Shown: one piece after another, positions 1-9,066 of the stretch | Layout: every line of letters starts with the position of its first letter | Numbering within the stretch: the first letter of the stretch is position 1 | NCBI GenBank assembly: GCA_031409335.1 | Contig: JANNWY010000128.1 | Coordinates: forward strand, 1 to 25,737 | Source of the DNA: Chthoniobacteraceae bacterium | GTDB lineage: Bacteria; Verrucomicrobiota; Verrucomicrobiia; Chthoniobacterales; Chthoniobacteraceae | Length of the DNA: 25,737 bases | Direction of reading: 5' to 3' | The notes under the pieces: generated by a model | Database searches by the model: none | Told to the model about the DNA's origin: nothing | What the model saw: only the letters and a program-made list of their open reading frames with translations | Program-made: the position numbers and the translations under genes

Positions 1-558
1 GGCATACACTTTGTCCCCTTCTTCAAACCGCGCGCTTCCTGGAGGTAACAGATGCCAACCAAGGGCGCGGTTGCCGATGCAGCTCTTGAGAATCATCACC
101 GGCGCATCGACCGCATTGCCGACCACATGTCCGATCCCGAACTCCACGCCAATGGTGGTTGATTTGAATATTTGCTCGGGTTGCGCGACGCCCAGCCACT
201 CGTTATTCATCAACCCATTTCCCTGCATCATCCGCACAAAGCGGACATCTTTGCGCTCCGACCAGTTGCCGGCATCATCCACGAGATAGGGATATTTTTT
301 CTCGGTCTTTACGGCGAACTCCAGGGATCCCTCAGGTTTGCCTTTGTCGCCAGCGTCAATCCTCCCCATGCCGACCATATTGGACTGGCCCAGCAGGATG
401 AAGACTTGGACAGGTTTGCTCATGTCGGCCGGCTGGCCGTCCGGCTTCGGGATCGGCGTCTCCGCCGCTGAGACGGTGGTAACAGGCGTCAAGGCGAGTG
501 CCGTGAACGCGATGAATGATAGAGCAAAAGCTCTGCGGGTAATGAGGTTCGGCTTCAT
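1..558 (-). CDS. Secreted SGNH-type carbohydrate acetylesterase (SASA / sialate O-acetylesterase-like), partial; 3' end runs off the window
   Basis: Absent from the ORF track because there is no stop in the window. Manual translation from ATG 558 gives MKPNLITRRAFALSFIAFTALALTPVTTVSAAETPIPKPDGQPADMSKPVQVFILLGQSNMVGMG...IGVEFGIG...VMILKSCIGNRALG. It shows the GQSNM catalytic-Ser block and an N-terminal signal peptide with TRRAF. Confidence 0.85.
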   Translation of the reverse strand, partial: MKPNLITRRAFALSFIAFTALALTPVTTVSAAETPIPKPDGQPADMSKPVQVFILLGQSNMVGMGRIDAGDKGKPEGSLEFAVKTEKKYPYLVDDAGNWSERKDVRFVRMMQGNGLMNNEWLGVAQPEQIFKSTTIGVEFGIGHVVGNAVDAPVMILKSCIGNRALGWHLLPPGSARFEEGDKVYA

Positions 559-719
559 TTTGTTCGTTGTTTGTATTGCGTGAAAGCTGGCAGGAAATTG
601 CCGATGTGAAAGCCGCTAGAAAAACCACTGGGAAGGCCGTCGCCGGGGTATCGCACTGTTCATTTGATGGTGAACGTCAGATGTTGATGGATGAGGTTTG
701 GAGCAATCTGGTCTTCAAT

Positions 720-1604
720 TTACTTTATAGCCTTTGCCAGTTGCTTGATATGGTCAGGTGTTGTGCCGCAGCATCCGCCGATGATTTTCGCAGGCCAGTT
801 AGATGCATGTTCACAATAGGCCTTGGGGTTTTCAGAATCCGTGTTGACCCAGCCGACGTTTTCATCCGCGTAGCCGATGTTGCCATAAGCAATTAGCGGG
901 AAATCTTCTCCACAGGCGGTGTGTAATTCCGCCAGCGGCCTGGCCAGACAGGGAGTCGGTCCGCAGTTGACGCCGATTGCTGAAATGCCAAGCGGGAGCA
1001 ATTGCCCCGCCGCTTCGGTGAGCGTCTCGCCCGAAAGGATTCTTCCCTCGCGATTGCAAACAAAGCTGACGATGGCGGGTGTGCCTGTGATCGCCGCAAG
1101 TTTTGCAATGACCAGCGCTTCACGCAGCGTGTTGATGGTTTCGATGAGAATGAGATCCACGCCGCATTCGATGAGGTGCTGAATCCGCTCGGAATGTTCG
1201 GCGCGAAGTTCGTCATCGGGTGGGACGAGGTCGGGACGGTAGCAGTCTTCGAGCGTGGAGATCGAGCCAGCCACGAAGCGCGGCTTATCCGCAGCCACAT
1301 TGGCGATCGCGGCGCGGGCGATGTCCACGGCGCGGCGGGTGAGTTCGAGGGCGCGATCCGCGTTTCCACTGGGCGCAAGCGCGCGGCGGTGCGTGCGAAA
1401 TGTATTCGTGCTGATAATGTCCGCGCCTGCGCGAAGATAATCCTCATGAATGTCCTGCAGGATTCTTGCATCGCGTTCATTGATCAATGCTTTGGCTGAC
1501 CAAAGCGGCAGCCCGGTATCTACTCCTCGGCGATTGAGCTCGGTGCCAGTTGCGCCGTCGAGGATGAGATGGGCGGATTGGGCGAGGGAAGTCAGGAATG
1601 TCAT
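720..1604 (-). CDS. Homocysteine S-methyltransferase family protein (stand-alone HMT domain)
   Basis: 294 aa with ILDGATGTEL, IHEDYLRAGADII, LIETI, and the Zn-binding GVNC and GGCCG motifs. Confidence 0.92.
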   Translation of the reverse strand: MTFLTSLAQSAHLILDGATGTELNRRGVDTGLPLWSAKALINERDARILQDIHEDYLRAGADIISTNTFRTHRRALAPSGNADRALELTRRAVDIARAAIANVAADKPRFVAGSISTLEDCYRPDLVPPDDELRAEHSERIQHLIECGVDLILIETINTLREALVIAKLAAITGTPAIVSFVCNREGRILSGETLTEAAGQLLPLGISAIGVNCGPTPCLARPLAELHTACGEDFPLIAYGNIGYADENVGWVNTDSENPKAYCEHASNWPAKIIGGCCGTTPDHIKQLAKAIK

Positions 1605-1775
1605 TGAGTTGAGTGAGTTCAGTTAGGAGCAGCCTTGCCCGTGGCTGCGCCCGGGTACTCATTGAGGACTGTTTCCGCCTCGTTCCGGCGGCGCTTCATT
1701 TCTTCGGCCTTTAACGCTTTGGTCAAAACTATTTGTCTGTCCTTCTGTGCGTTCCGCCGAGAATGATTGATCGCG

Positions 1776-2231
1776 TCACGCCAAGAGCTTCGACAAATGC
1801 TTCGCAAGATTCGCTCCGAGTGCCTTTACGCGGGCCTGTTGCTTCTCGTCCACGAGTGCGCCATCCGGCGTGAATGCTTCGTAGGCTTTGCCGATGGATA
1901 TTTGGTCCGGCAGGACGGTAATACCAATGCTGCCGAGGATTGCCCGCAGATGCACGAGGCCGCGCATGCCCCCGAGACCGCCCGGTGAAGCGGAGCAGAC
2001 GACGGCTGTTTTACCTGTCAGCGCCGAGAGCGACGGTTCGTCCTCGGACTCTCCGCGCGAGACCCAATCAATCGCGTTTTTCAGCGCGGCGGTGATGCTG
2101 CTGTTGTATTCCGGCGAGGCGATGATGAGGCCATCGTGTTCGCGGAAAATCGCTTTTAGCTGCTTCGCTGCCTCGGGCATTCCGCTGGCGGCTTCGAGGT
2201 CTTCATCGAAGATCGGAAGCGCGAAATCACG
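1776..2231 (-). pseudogene. NAD(P)H-dependent FMN reductase (flavodoxin-like fold), 5'-truncated
   Basis: LPIFDEDLE, IASPEYNSS, LKNAIDWVSR and SPGGLGGMRG motifs are intact. The N-terminal strand with the GSxR FMN-phosphate loop is not found in any frame between 2232 and 2312. Confidence 0.72.
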
Positions 2232-2232
2232 T

Positions 2233-2252
2233 TGAGCGAAAGTGAGCGAAAG
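2233..2252. repeat. 10-bp direct tandem repeat (TGAGCGAAAG x2) at the FMN reductase truncation point
   Basis: Seen directly at 2233-2242 and 2243-2252. Confidence 0.75.
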
Positions 2253-2312
2253 GGGCCGGTCCGTGCATATGTGCAAGAAGGTTTAACTCCAGAGCCATCG
2301 ACGCTGTTGTGC

Positions 2313-3404
2313 TCACCTAAGACTGCGCTTCAAATCACCGGTGTAGCCAGTGAGTTCGAGAAACGCGGAGCCGATCTCGTTTTCCTGCTCATCCAAAATG
2401 CGGCACGCGCCTTCCCAGTAGGCGATGCCGGTGATGCGTCCGTGGAGTTCCTGATCTTTCGCGAGCGGGACGAGTTTCCACTGCACGCGTTTGCCGGAGG
2501 AAGGATCGATCGCTGAAAGCACGACTCCCGATGGATATTCCGCGCCACTTTGTGCGCTGCGCCACGAACCGTTGGGCATCAGCGTGAAATCTTTCGCGCC
2601 GACCTGCTGCACCGCGCCCGCCGGATCAATCCACGCGAGTGTTGAAAATGGATCGGTGGTGCCGTCCTTCCGACGCATGCGATAAACCATTGCTTCGCGG
2701 CCATCGCGCAATTGAAGGCATGCCCAGTCCCATCCGACCTGGCCTTCGTCGAGCTGGCTGCTGCTCATCTCGTGGTCCATCCACATTTCACCACGCACGG
2801 GGAGTTGCTCTTTGCCCAGGCTCAGTGTGCCACGCGTTTCGAGTCTTGGGAAAGTGAGGTAATGGCTGGCTGCGCTCGGGTCGGCACCTTTCCGGGAGAC
2901 GCCATTTTCTCCAAAGACGACCAGCGGTTTGATAGGTGTCAGCGCTAACTCGAACGATGCCTCGGCGCGAATGGAGCCGATTACGTGAATCAAGCCTGCA
3001 TCATCCATCCGCAGCGACCACGGACCGCATTTCACATCGAGCGAACCGATGGCAGCGCTGGCATCCCATCCTGCGCGATTGAGCCGCTCTTGGTGGATGA
3101 AGCGCCCCGTTTTCACATCCAGCAATGCCATGTGCGCGAGGTAGATGTTGCCTTTCTCGGCGGTGCCGTCGGCGCGGCGGAAGAAGGTGGCTTGCAGGCC
3201 GAAGCGGCGTCCGTCTTCAGCGTAGAGATGGCCGGTGAGATACCACCATTCGATTTTGAATTCCGGATGGCTGCCATGGTCGCGCGGGAAAACAAACTCA
3301 CGCCCAGGCTGTGGGAGGGCGTAGCCGTCGGGAGTCGTTGGCGGCGCGGCAAGGGCGGTAGCGAAGAGGGTGACCAGGCAGAGTAGGGGACGCATGGGTT
3401 TCAT
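2313..3404 (-). CDS. Secreted lipocalin-like CrtC/AttH-family protein (carotenoid 1,2-hydratase-like annotation)
   Basis: C-terminal 363 aa of the 903-aa track ORF. Starts MKPMRPLLCLVTLFATALA (signal peptide). Family motifs FPRDHGSHPEFKIEWWYLTG, WMDHE, GWDW, YWEG and FLELTGY. Its ATG overlaps the permease stop (ATGA). Confidence 0.88.
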   Translation of the reverse strand: MKPMRPLLCLVTLFATALAAPPTTPDGYALPQPGREFVFPRDHGSHPEFKIEWWYLTGHLYAEDGRRFGLQATFFRRADGTAEKGNIYLAHMALLDVKTGRFIHQERLNRAGWDASAAIGSLDVKCGPWSLRMDDAGLIHVIGSIRAEASFELALTPIKPLVVFGENGVSRKGADPSAASHYLTFPRLETRGTLSLGKEQLPVRGEMWMDHEMSSSQLDEGQVGWDWACLQLRDGREAMVYRMRRKDGTTDPFSTLAWIDPAGAVQQVGAKDFTLMPNGSWRSAQSGAEYPSGVVLSAIDPSSGKRVQWKLVPLAKDQELHGRITGIAYWEGACRILDEQENEIGSAFLELTGYTGDLKRSLR

Positions 3405-5983
3405 TCTTCGCGATCCGCTGGGAGGCCTGCGCCCCAGTAGCCGACGATGGCTGCGGCGATGAGTGCGGCGGATAGCACGAGCACGGCGAGCAAGACTAAG
3501 GCAGGCCACGGCACGGCGAGGAGCAGCGTCCAGCCAAAGGTTTGTTTGTTGATGACGTGGATCAGGAGCCAGCCGAGGAGCAGGCTCGCGGCGAGGCCGG
3601 CGAGCAGTCCGGCGAGGGCGGTGCCGAGGCCTTCCATCGCGGCACTGATCGCCATTCCGCGGCGCGAGACGCCAAGGGCGCGGAGGGTGGTGAGATCGGC
3701 CTGGCGATCCAGCAGCACGCTGATGAGCGTGAGCGCGAGGCCGAGCACGGCGACGCAGACGCCGATGGCTTCGAGCGCGTAGGTGATGGAAAAAGTCTGG
3801 CGGAAAATGCGGAGCACTTCGGTGCGAAGATGTGCGTTCGTGAAAATCTGGAGGCCTGGATTTTCCGCGAGCCATTTCGTGCGCAGGCTTTCCGCGACGG
3901 CGGGATCGCGCAGTTTTACGATGACGGTGCGCGCGGCGTCCTCGCGGAACCACTCCACGAACTTCGCCCGGTCGATGAGCACGCTGCCGCGCTCGCTGCC
4001 GTAGTCGGCGAAGACGCCCGCGACGCGAAGCGCGCGCGTGCCACTGGGCGTCGGCACGTTCAGCAAATCGCCGCGCTGCGTGCCGAATCGCTCCACAAAT
4101 GCCTCGCTCACAAAAGTGAACTCGCCCTCGTCCGGCCATTGCGTCGGCGTTCCACCGAGCCACGCGACCGTGCCCTGCTGGCGATCGAACTGCGTATTCA
4201 CCCCGATCACCATCGACTTGCCGCCGGGGAAAACCACGTCGGCGGCGTGCAGCACATTTGCGTCGGCCACCGCAGGATCGCTGGCGAGCCGCTGCCAGGT
4301 CGCGGGCATCATGCGATTCTGACTGGAGGCGCTCTGCGCGCCTGCGCTGGAGATGTAGAGATCGGCCTGGAAAGTGGTCGCGATCCACTGCTGCATGGTG
4401 CGCTCGAAACTGCCGACGAGGATCGCCATGCCCGCAGTCATCGCGATGGCGCAGGCGAGGCTCGCGGCGGCGAGGCGATGCCGGCCCGAGGGTGGCGAGA
4501 GATGGGAAACGGCGAGACGCGCAAGCGGCGAAAGATTTCCCAGCGGACGCACGAGCGCGCCGAGTCCGCGCAGCAGATGTCCGCTCACGATTCCGCCCGC
4601 GAACAGCCACGCGCCCGCGGCGAAAAATCCGCCGAGCGCGACGCGGGTGCCGCCTGCCAGATGGAGCGCGGGCAGCTTCGCGGCGAGGGCTCCGAGGACG
4701 ATCAGCGCGACGGCGAGCGTGCGGCTGCGCAGCAAGCGCGGGCCGGGGCCGGCGGTGTGATAACGCCCGATCATTTGCGCCGGCGGCATCTGCGCGGCGG
4801 TGCGCGCGGGTGCCCAGCCCGCGGCGATGCTGGCGGCGATCGACAGCACGAGCGTCCACGCAAATTCCCCGAAATGCAGATGCGCCGAGTCGGCGGAATT
4901 TGCGAAGTAGAGCGCGTTCACCGTGCGCCCGACGAAGCGCACCGCGAACTGCGCGCCGGCCCAGCCCAGCAGCGCACCGAGCGTCCCGCCGACCGCGCCG
5001 ACGAGCAGCGATTCCAGCAGCCACGCGCGCTGGATCGTGCGCTCCTCTACGCCGAGTGAGCGCAGGATCGCGATCTCCTGCCGCCGCCGCAGCACTGCGC
5101 CGTCGAGCGCCTGGTAAATGAGATACAGTCCGACGAGCAGCGCGATCAGCGAGAGCACGGTGAGATTCAGCCGGAAGGCGCGCGTCATCATCGCGCCGCT
5201 TTCACGCCGGTCGGCGCTCGTCTCCACGCGCCAGCGGCCTTGCGCAGCATCTGTCACGATCTTCGTTGCCTCCGCGCGTCGGGCCGCGCGATCGGGGCCG
5301 GACTCGACGAGAAATTCCACGCGATCGATCTGCCCGCGCCGCTCGGTGATCGCCTGCGCGGCGGGAAGATCCATGATGATGATCGACGCGGGAGCCGCAG
5401 GTTCGTTGGTTCGCGCGGGGATGTGACCGGCGATTTCCAGCGACACCAACCGGTCGTCGATCAAGAGTGGGAGCCGATCGCCGGGCTGCTCGGTCAGCGC
5501 GGGACTGACAAAGATCGCATTCAGATTTCCCACGCCGCCAGCCCACGTCTCGCGAATCGGCTCCGCTGAAGTGTCCTCTTCGCGCAGGTTTTGAATGCCG
5601 ATCAAGTCGATGCCGATCAGGCGAAAAGTCTCCGCGCTGCCGATCTCGGCGTTGGCGTCGCTGCGCGGCCGCGCCGCCGTCGTCTCGATGACGGGAATCA
5701 TGTGGACAGGCCGCGCGCCAAGCGCCGCGCGCAATTCCGGCAGGATGGTTTCCGGCAAACTTCCCGCCGGTGCCGACACCACAAAATCCGTCTCATGGGT
5801 CAGCACATCCGTGAAGCGCTCGAAGCTCGCGAGCACCGCGCGATTCGCCAGCCGGATGGAAAAATAGACGGCCACGCCAAGCGCAAGAATCATCACGAGC
5901 AGCACCGCCTGTCCCGGCCCGCGCCGCCAGTGGCGCAGGGTGAATTTCCGCAGCAGCAAACGGAGCAGACCTGCTTCGTTCAT
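3401..5983 (-). CDS. ABC transporter permease with two FtsX/MacB-type repeats (AttF/G-like)
   Basis: 860 aa from MNEAGLL. Two FtsX-like units (RRQEIAILRSLG and RQADLTTLRALG), each preceded by a large extracytoplasmic domain. ATGA overlap with the ATPase stop. Confidence 0.92.
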   Translation of the reverse strand: MNEAGLLRLLLRKFTLRHWRRGPGQAVLLVMILALGVAVYFSIRLANRAVLASFERFTDVLTHETDFVVSAPAGSLPETILPELRAALGARPVHMIPVIETTAARPRSDANAEIGSAETFRLIGIDLIGIQNLREEDTSAEPIRETWAGGVGNLNAIFVSPALTEQPGDRLPLLIDDRLVSLEIAGHIPARTNEPAAPASIIIMDLPAAQAITERRGQIDRVEFLVESGPDRAARRAEATKIVTDAAQGRWRVETSADRRESGAMMTRAFRLNLTVLSLIALLVGLYLIYQALDGAVLRRRQEIAILRSLGVEERTIQRAWLLESLLVGAVGGTLGALLGWAGAQFAVRFVGRTVNALYFANSADSAHLHFGEFAWTLVLSIAASIAAGWAPARTAAQMPPAQMIGRYHTAGPGPRLLRSRTLAVALIVLGALAAKLPALHLAGGTRVALGGFFAAGAWLFAGGIVSGHLLRGLGALVRPLGNLSPLARLAVSHLSPPSGRHRLAAASLACAIAMTAGMAILVGSFERTMQQWIATTFQADLYISSAGAQSASSQNRMMPATWQRLASDPAVADANVLHAADVVFPGGKSMVIGVNTQFDRQQGTVAWLGGTPTQWPDEGEFTFVSEAFVERFGTQRGDLLNVPTPSGTRALRVAGVFADYGSERGSVLIDRAKFVEWFREDAARTVIVKLRDPAVAESLRTKWLAENPGLQIFTNAHLRTEVLRIFRQTFSITYALEAIGVCVAVLGLALTLISVLLDRQADLTTLRALGVSRRGMAISAAMEGLGTALAGLLAGLAASLLLGWLLIHVINKQTFGWTLLLAVPWPALVLLAVLVLSAALIAAAIVGYWGAGLPADREE

Positions 5984-6678
5984 GCGTTCGTCGTTTCCGA
6001 AACCAGCGCGCCGTCGCGGAGATGCAGGACGCGATGGCAAATCGCCGCCGCTTCGTCGCTGTGCGTCACGAGCAGCAGCGCGGTTTGTGTTTCATCGGAA
6101 AGCTCGCGCAGCAGGGCGAGGATGCGTTCGCCGCTGGCGGAATCGAGATTGCCCGTCGGCTCATCCGCGAGCAGCACGCGCGGCCGATGCACCAGCGCCC
6201 GCGCGATCGCGGCGCGTTGCATTTCGCCACCGGAAAGCTGGCCGGGAAAGGCGTGCGCGCGATGGGCGATGCCGACGCGCTCCAACAGTTCCTTCACCCG
6301 CGACTCGCGCTCGCGCCGCGCGACGCCGAGCAGTTGCAGCGGAAACTCGATATTCTCCGCCGCGCTCAACGTCGGCAGCAGATGGAAGAACTGGAAAATC
6401 GTGCCGATAAATTTGCGCCGCACACCCGCGAGCGCCTCGCTGCCGAGCGAATGCAGCGGCTCGCCGCACAGCACAATTTCACCGCCATCGAGCCGGTCCA
6501 CGCCGCCGAGGCAATTCAGCAATGTCGTTTTCCCCGAACCCGACGGCCCCATCAGCGCCACGCGTTCGCCCGGCGCGAGCGTGAGATCGATGCCATGCAG
6601 GATGCCGCGTCCCTCATAGGATTTCCGCAGACCGCTGGCGCGGACGATGGGTTCGGCTGTGAAATGAGGCTGCGACAT
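5980..6678 (-). CDS. ABC transporter ATP-binding protein (LolD/MacB-like, AttE-like)
   Basis: Walker A GPSGSGKT, signature LSGGEMQR, Walker B LLADEPTGNLD and H-loop VTH. Start placed at ATG 6678 (MSQPHF); an alternative upstream start is possible. Confidence 0.95.
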   Translation of the reverse strand: MSQPHFTAEPIVRASGLRKSYEGRGILHGIDLTLAPGERVALMGPSGSGKTTLLNCLGGVDRLDGGEIVLCGEPLHSLGSEALAGVRRKFIGTIFQFFHLLPTLSAAENIEFPLQLLGVARRERESRVKELLERVGIAHRAHAFPGQLSGGEMQRAAIARALVHRPRVLLADEPTGNLDSASGERILALLRELSDETQTALLLVTHSDEAAAICHRVLHLRDGALVSETTNA

Positions 6679-6789
6679 GTTTTGCAGAAACGTTACGCAC
6701 ATCGCGGGCGATCGGACCACAAACAGTCGTTGGCGTTCCGGCGAAGCGCTGGACGCAGGCGGAGGCCATGGCTAGAAGCTCAACGCGAA

Positions 6790-7353
6790 ATGCAAAAAGA
6801 TTCCGCCGTCGAAAACCTGCTCGAGAAAACCATCTTTGCGAGCCGCTGGCTGCAGGCACCGCTTTACCTCGGCCTCATCGTCGCGCAGGGCGTTTACGTT
6901 TATCAGTTCATGATCGAGCTGTGGCATCTCGTCCATGCCGCGATTCATCAGCAGGCGACCGCGCACGATGTCGGGACGCAGATCATGCTCGGCGTGCTGG
7001 GGCTGATCGATGTGGTGATGATCGCGAACCTGCTCGTGATGGTGATCATCGGCGGCTACGAGACGTTCGTCTCGCGGCTGCATCTCGACGATCATGCCGA
7101 CCAGCCGGAGTGGCTGAGCCATGTGAATGCGGGAATGCTCAAGGTGAAACTGGCGACGGCGCTGGTGAGCATCTCGTCGATCCATTTGCTGAAGACATTC
7201 ATCGAAGTACGCGCGCCGGGGGCGACTTTCACCGATCAATCGGTGATGTGGCAGGTCATTATCCATATGGCATTCCTCCTGTCGGCCTTTGTGCTGGCCT
7301 GGACGGATCGGGTGACGCTCGGCGCTCCGAAGCCAGCGGCGGGCGGGCACTGA
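6790..7353 (+). CDS. yqhA: TIGR00645 / UPF0114 (YqhA-like) membrane protein
   Basis: IFASRWLQAPLYLGL, LGLIDVVMIANLLVMVIIGGYETFVSRL and LKVKLA...ISSIHLLKTF. This is the C-terminal 187 aa of the 443-aa track ORF. Confidence 0.92.
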   Translation: MQKDSAVENLLEKTIFASRWLQAPLYLGLIVAQGVYVYQFMIELWHLVHAAIHQQATAHDVGTQIMLGVLGLIDVVMIANLLVMVIIGGYETFVSRLHLDDHADQPEWLSHVNAGMLKVKLATALVSISSIHLLKTFIEVRAPGATFTDQSVMWQVIIHMAFLLSAFVLAWTDRVTLGAPKPAAGGH

Positions 7354-7400
7354 GCGGAAAGGGCTGGAACCTCGGGGGCGGCTGCGGCAATCCTCAGTTC

Positions 7401-8957
7401 ATGAATTCCCCAAGTCTGCTCCGCCGCTGTGGCACCACTCTGCTGTGCCTCTTCGGCATTTCAAATTTGCACGCCGCGGATGCGCCGCAATGGGGAGAGG
7501 CGTGGACGCGCAACATGGTCTCGGCTGAAAAGGGGCTGCCGGATTCGTTCGCTCTGGAAACGGGGCGCAACGTGAAGTGGAGCGTGGCGCTGGGAACGCA
7601 TTCGCACTCGACACCGGTGATTGCGGGCGGGCGAATTTTCATCGGTACGAACAACGCGGTGCCGCGTGATCCAGCGCAGGCCGGCGATCGCGGCGTGCTG
7701 CTTTGCCTCGATGAAAAAGACGGGCATCTGCTGTGGCAGCTCGTGGTGCCGAAGCGCAATGAAGACAAGTATTTCGACTGGCCGGATGAGGGGATGTCAT
7801 CGCCTGCGACGGTGGAGGGGGAGCGCGTTTACATGGTGACGAATCGCCACCAGGTGATGTGTCTCGACGCTAAAGGCATGGCGAATGGCAACGATGGGCC
7901 GTTCAAGGATGAGGCGCGGCATCGCACGCCGCACGCCGCTCCACCGCCGGAGTTCACGCCGATTCTGGCGGATGCGGCTGGTGTGAAGGAAGAAGTCGGG
8001 CCGAAGGATGCGGATATTTTGTGGATGTTCGACATGCCTGCGGAGGCGGGCATCTGGCCGCACGACGGCGCGCACAGCTCGATCCTGATTCACGGCGATT
8101 TCCTCTACGTGAACACGGGCACCGGCGTGGACAATTCGCACAAGGTCATCCGCACGCCGAACGCGCCGAGCTTGATCGTCATCGAGAAAACGACGGGCCG
8201 GCTGGTGGCACGCGACTACGAAGGTATCGCACCGAATATTTTTCACGCGACGTGGTCCTCACCCGCGCTGGGCAAGGTCGGCGGACGCGATGTGATTTTC
8301 TTTTGCGGCGGCGATGGGATCGTGCGCGCATTCGAGGCGCTCACCCAAGCGCCGCCCGAAGGCGCGGTCGCGAGGCTGAACTCGATCTGGCGTTTCGATC
8401 CCGATCCCACATCGCCGAAGGACGACCCGCACCGCTTTCTAAACAACCGCCAGCAGGGTCCGAGCAACATTTACGGAATGCCGGTCGTGCTCGGCGATCG
8501 ATTGTTCGTGGGTGGCGGCGGCGATGTTTTTTGGGGAAAGAATGAAGCGTGGCTGAAATGCATCCGCACTGCCGGCCAGGGCGACATCACGAGCAATGCA
8601 ACCGTGTGGTCGTATCCGCTCGATCGTCACACGATGTCCACGGTCGCTGTCTCGGACGGATTGGTTTTCACCGCGGACACGAGCCGGCACATCCATTGCG
8701 TCGATGCGGAAACTGGGAAAGGCGTCTGGGTTCACGACACGCCCGGCGATTTCTGGGGCTCGCCGTTGGTTGCCGATGGGAAGTTGTTCATCGGCTCGCG
8801 CAAAGGCGACTTTTGGATCATGGCTGCGAGCCGCGAGAAGAAGGTGCTCGCGATGGTGGATTTCAAAAGACCCATCAGCGCGACGCCGACGGTTGCGAAT
8901 GGCGTGCTGTATATCGTGACGATGACGAATCTCTACGCCATCAGCGTGAAACCGTAA
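7401..8957 (+). CDS. Exported PQQ-like beta-propeller repeat protein (BamB-like repeats)
   Basis: Signal peptide ending NLHA|ADAPQWG. Repeated propeller motifs: STPVIAGGRIFIG, CLDEKDGHLLW, CVDAETGKGVW, GSPLVADGKLFIG and ATPTVANGVLYI. The start is ATG 7401, not 6768. Confidence 0.88.
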   Translation: MNSPSLLRRCGTTLLCLFGISNLHAADAPQWGEAWTRNMVSAEKGLPDSFALETGRNVKWSVALGTHSHSTPVIAGGRIFIGTNNAVPRDPAQAGDRGVLLCLDEKDGHLLWQLVVPKRNEDKYFDWPDEGMSSPATVEGERVYMVTNRHQVMCLDAKGMANGNDGPFKDEARHRTPHAAPPPEFTPILADAAGVKEEVGPKDADILWMFDMPAEAGIWPHDGAHSSILIHGDFLYVNTGTGVDNSHKVIRTPNAPSLIVIEKTTGRLVARDYEGIAPNIFHATWSSPALGKVGGRDVIFFCGGDGIVRAFEALTQAPPEGAVARLNSIWRFDPDPTSPKDDPHRFLNNRQQGPSNIYGMPVVLGDRLFVGGGGDVFWGKNEAWLKCIRTAGQGDITSNATVWSYPLDRHTMSTVAVSDGLVFTADTSRHIHCVDAETGKGVWVHDTPGDFWGSPLVADGKLFIGSRKGDFWIMAASREKKVLAMVDFKRPISATPTVANGVLYIVTMTNLYAISVKP

Positions 8958-9066
8958 TGTGAAGTGGCATCGAGGGTGATCGCGGCTCAACGGCGAAAAC
9001 TCGGAGAGCAGCGCGGAGGGAGACGATGATTGCGTCGCGCGCGATTTCGCCGCTACAAGTTGAGTG

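Noticed and set aside
580..615. GTGAAAGC occurring twice upstream of the esterase as an operator
   Set aside because: Two 8-mers with no cognate regulator nearby are too weak to support a call.
3405..5024. N-terminal 540 aa of the 903-aa track ORF
   Set aside because: It is an Arg/Ala-rich alternative-frame read of the permease gene. The real AttH-like protein starts at 3404.
6022..7400. N-terminal extensions of the YqhA (from 6022) and beta-propeller (from 6768) ORFs
   Set aside because: They overlap other well-supported genes. Family similarity or the signal peptide begins at 6790 and 7401 respectively.
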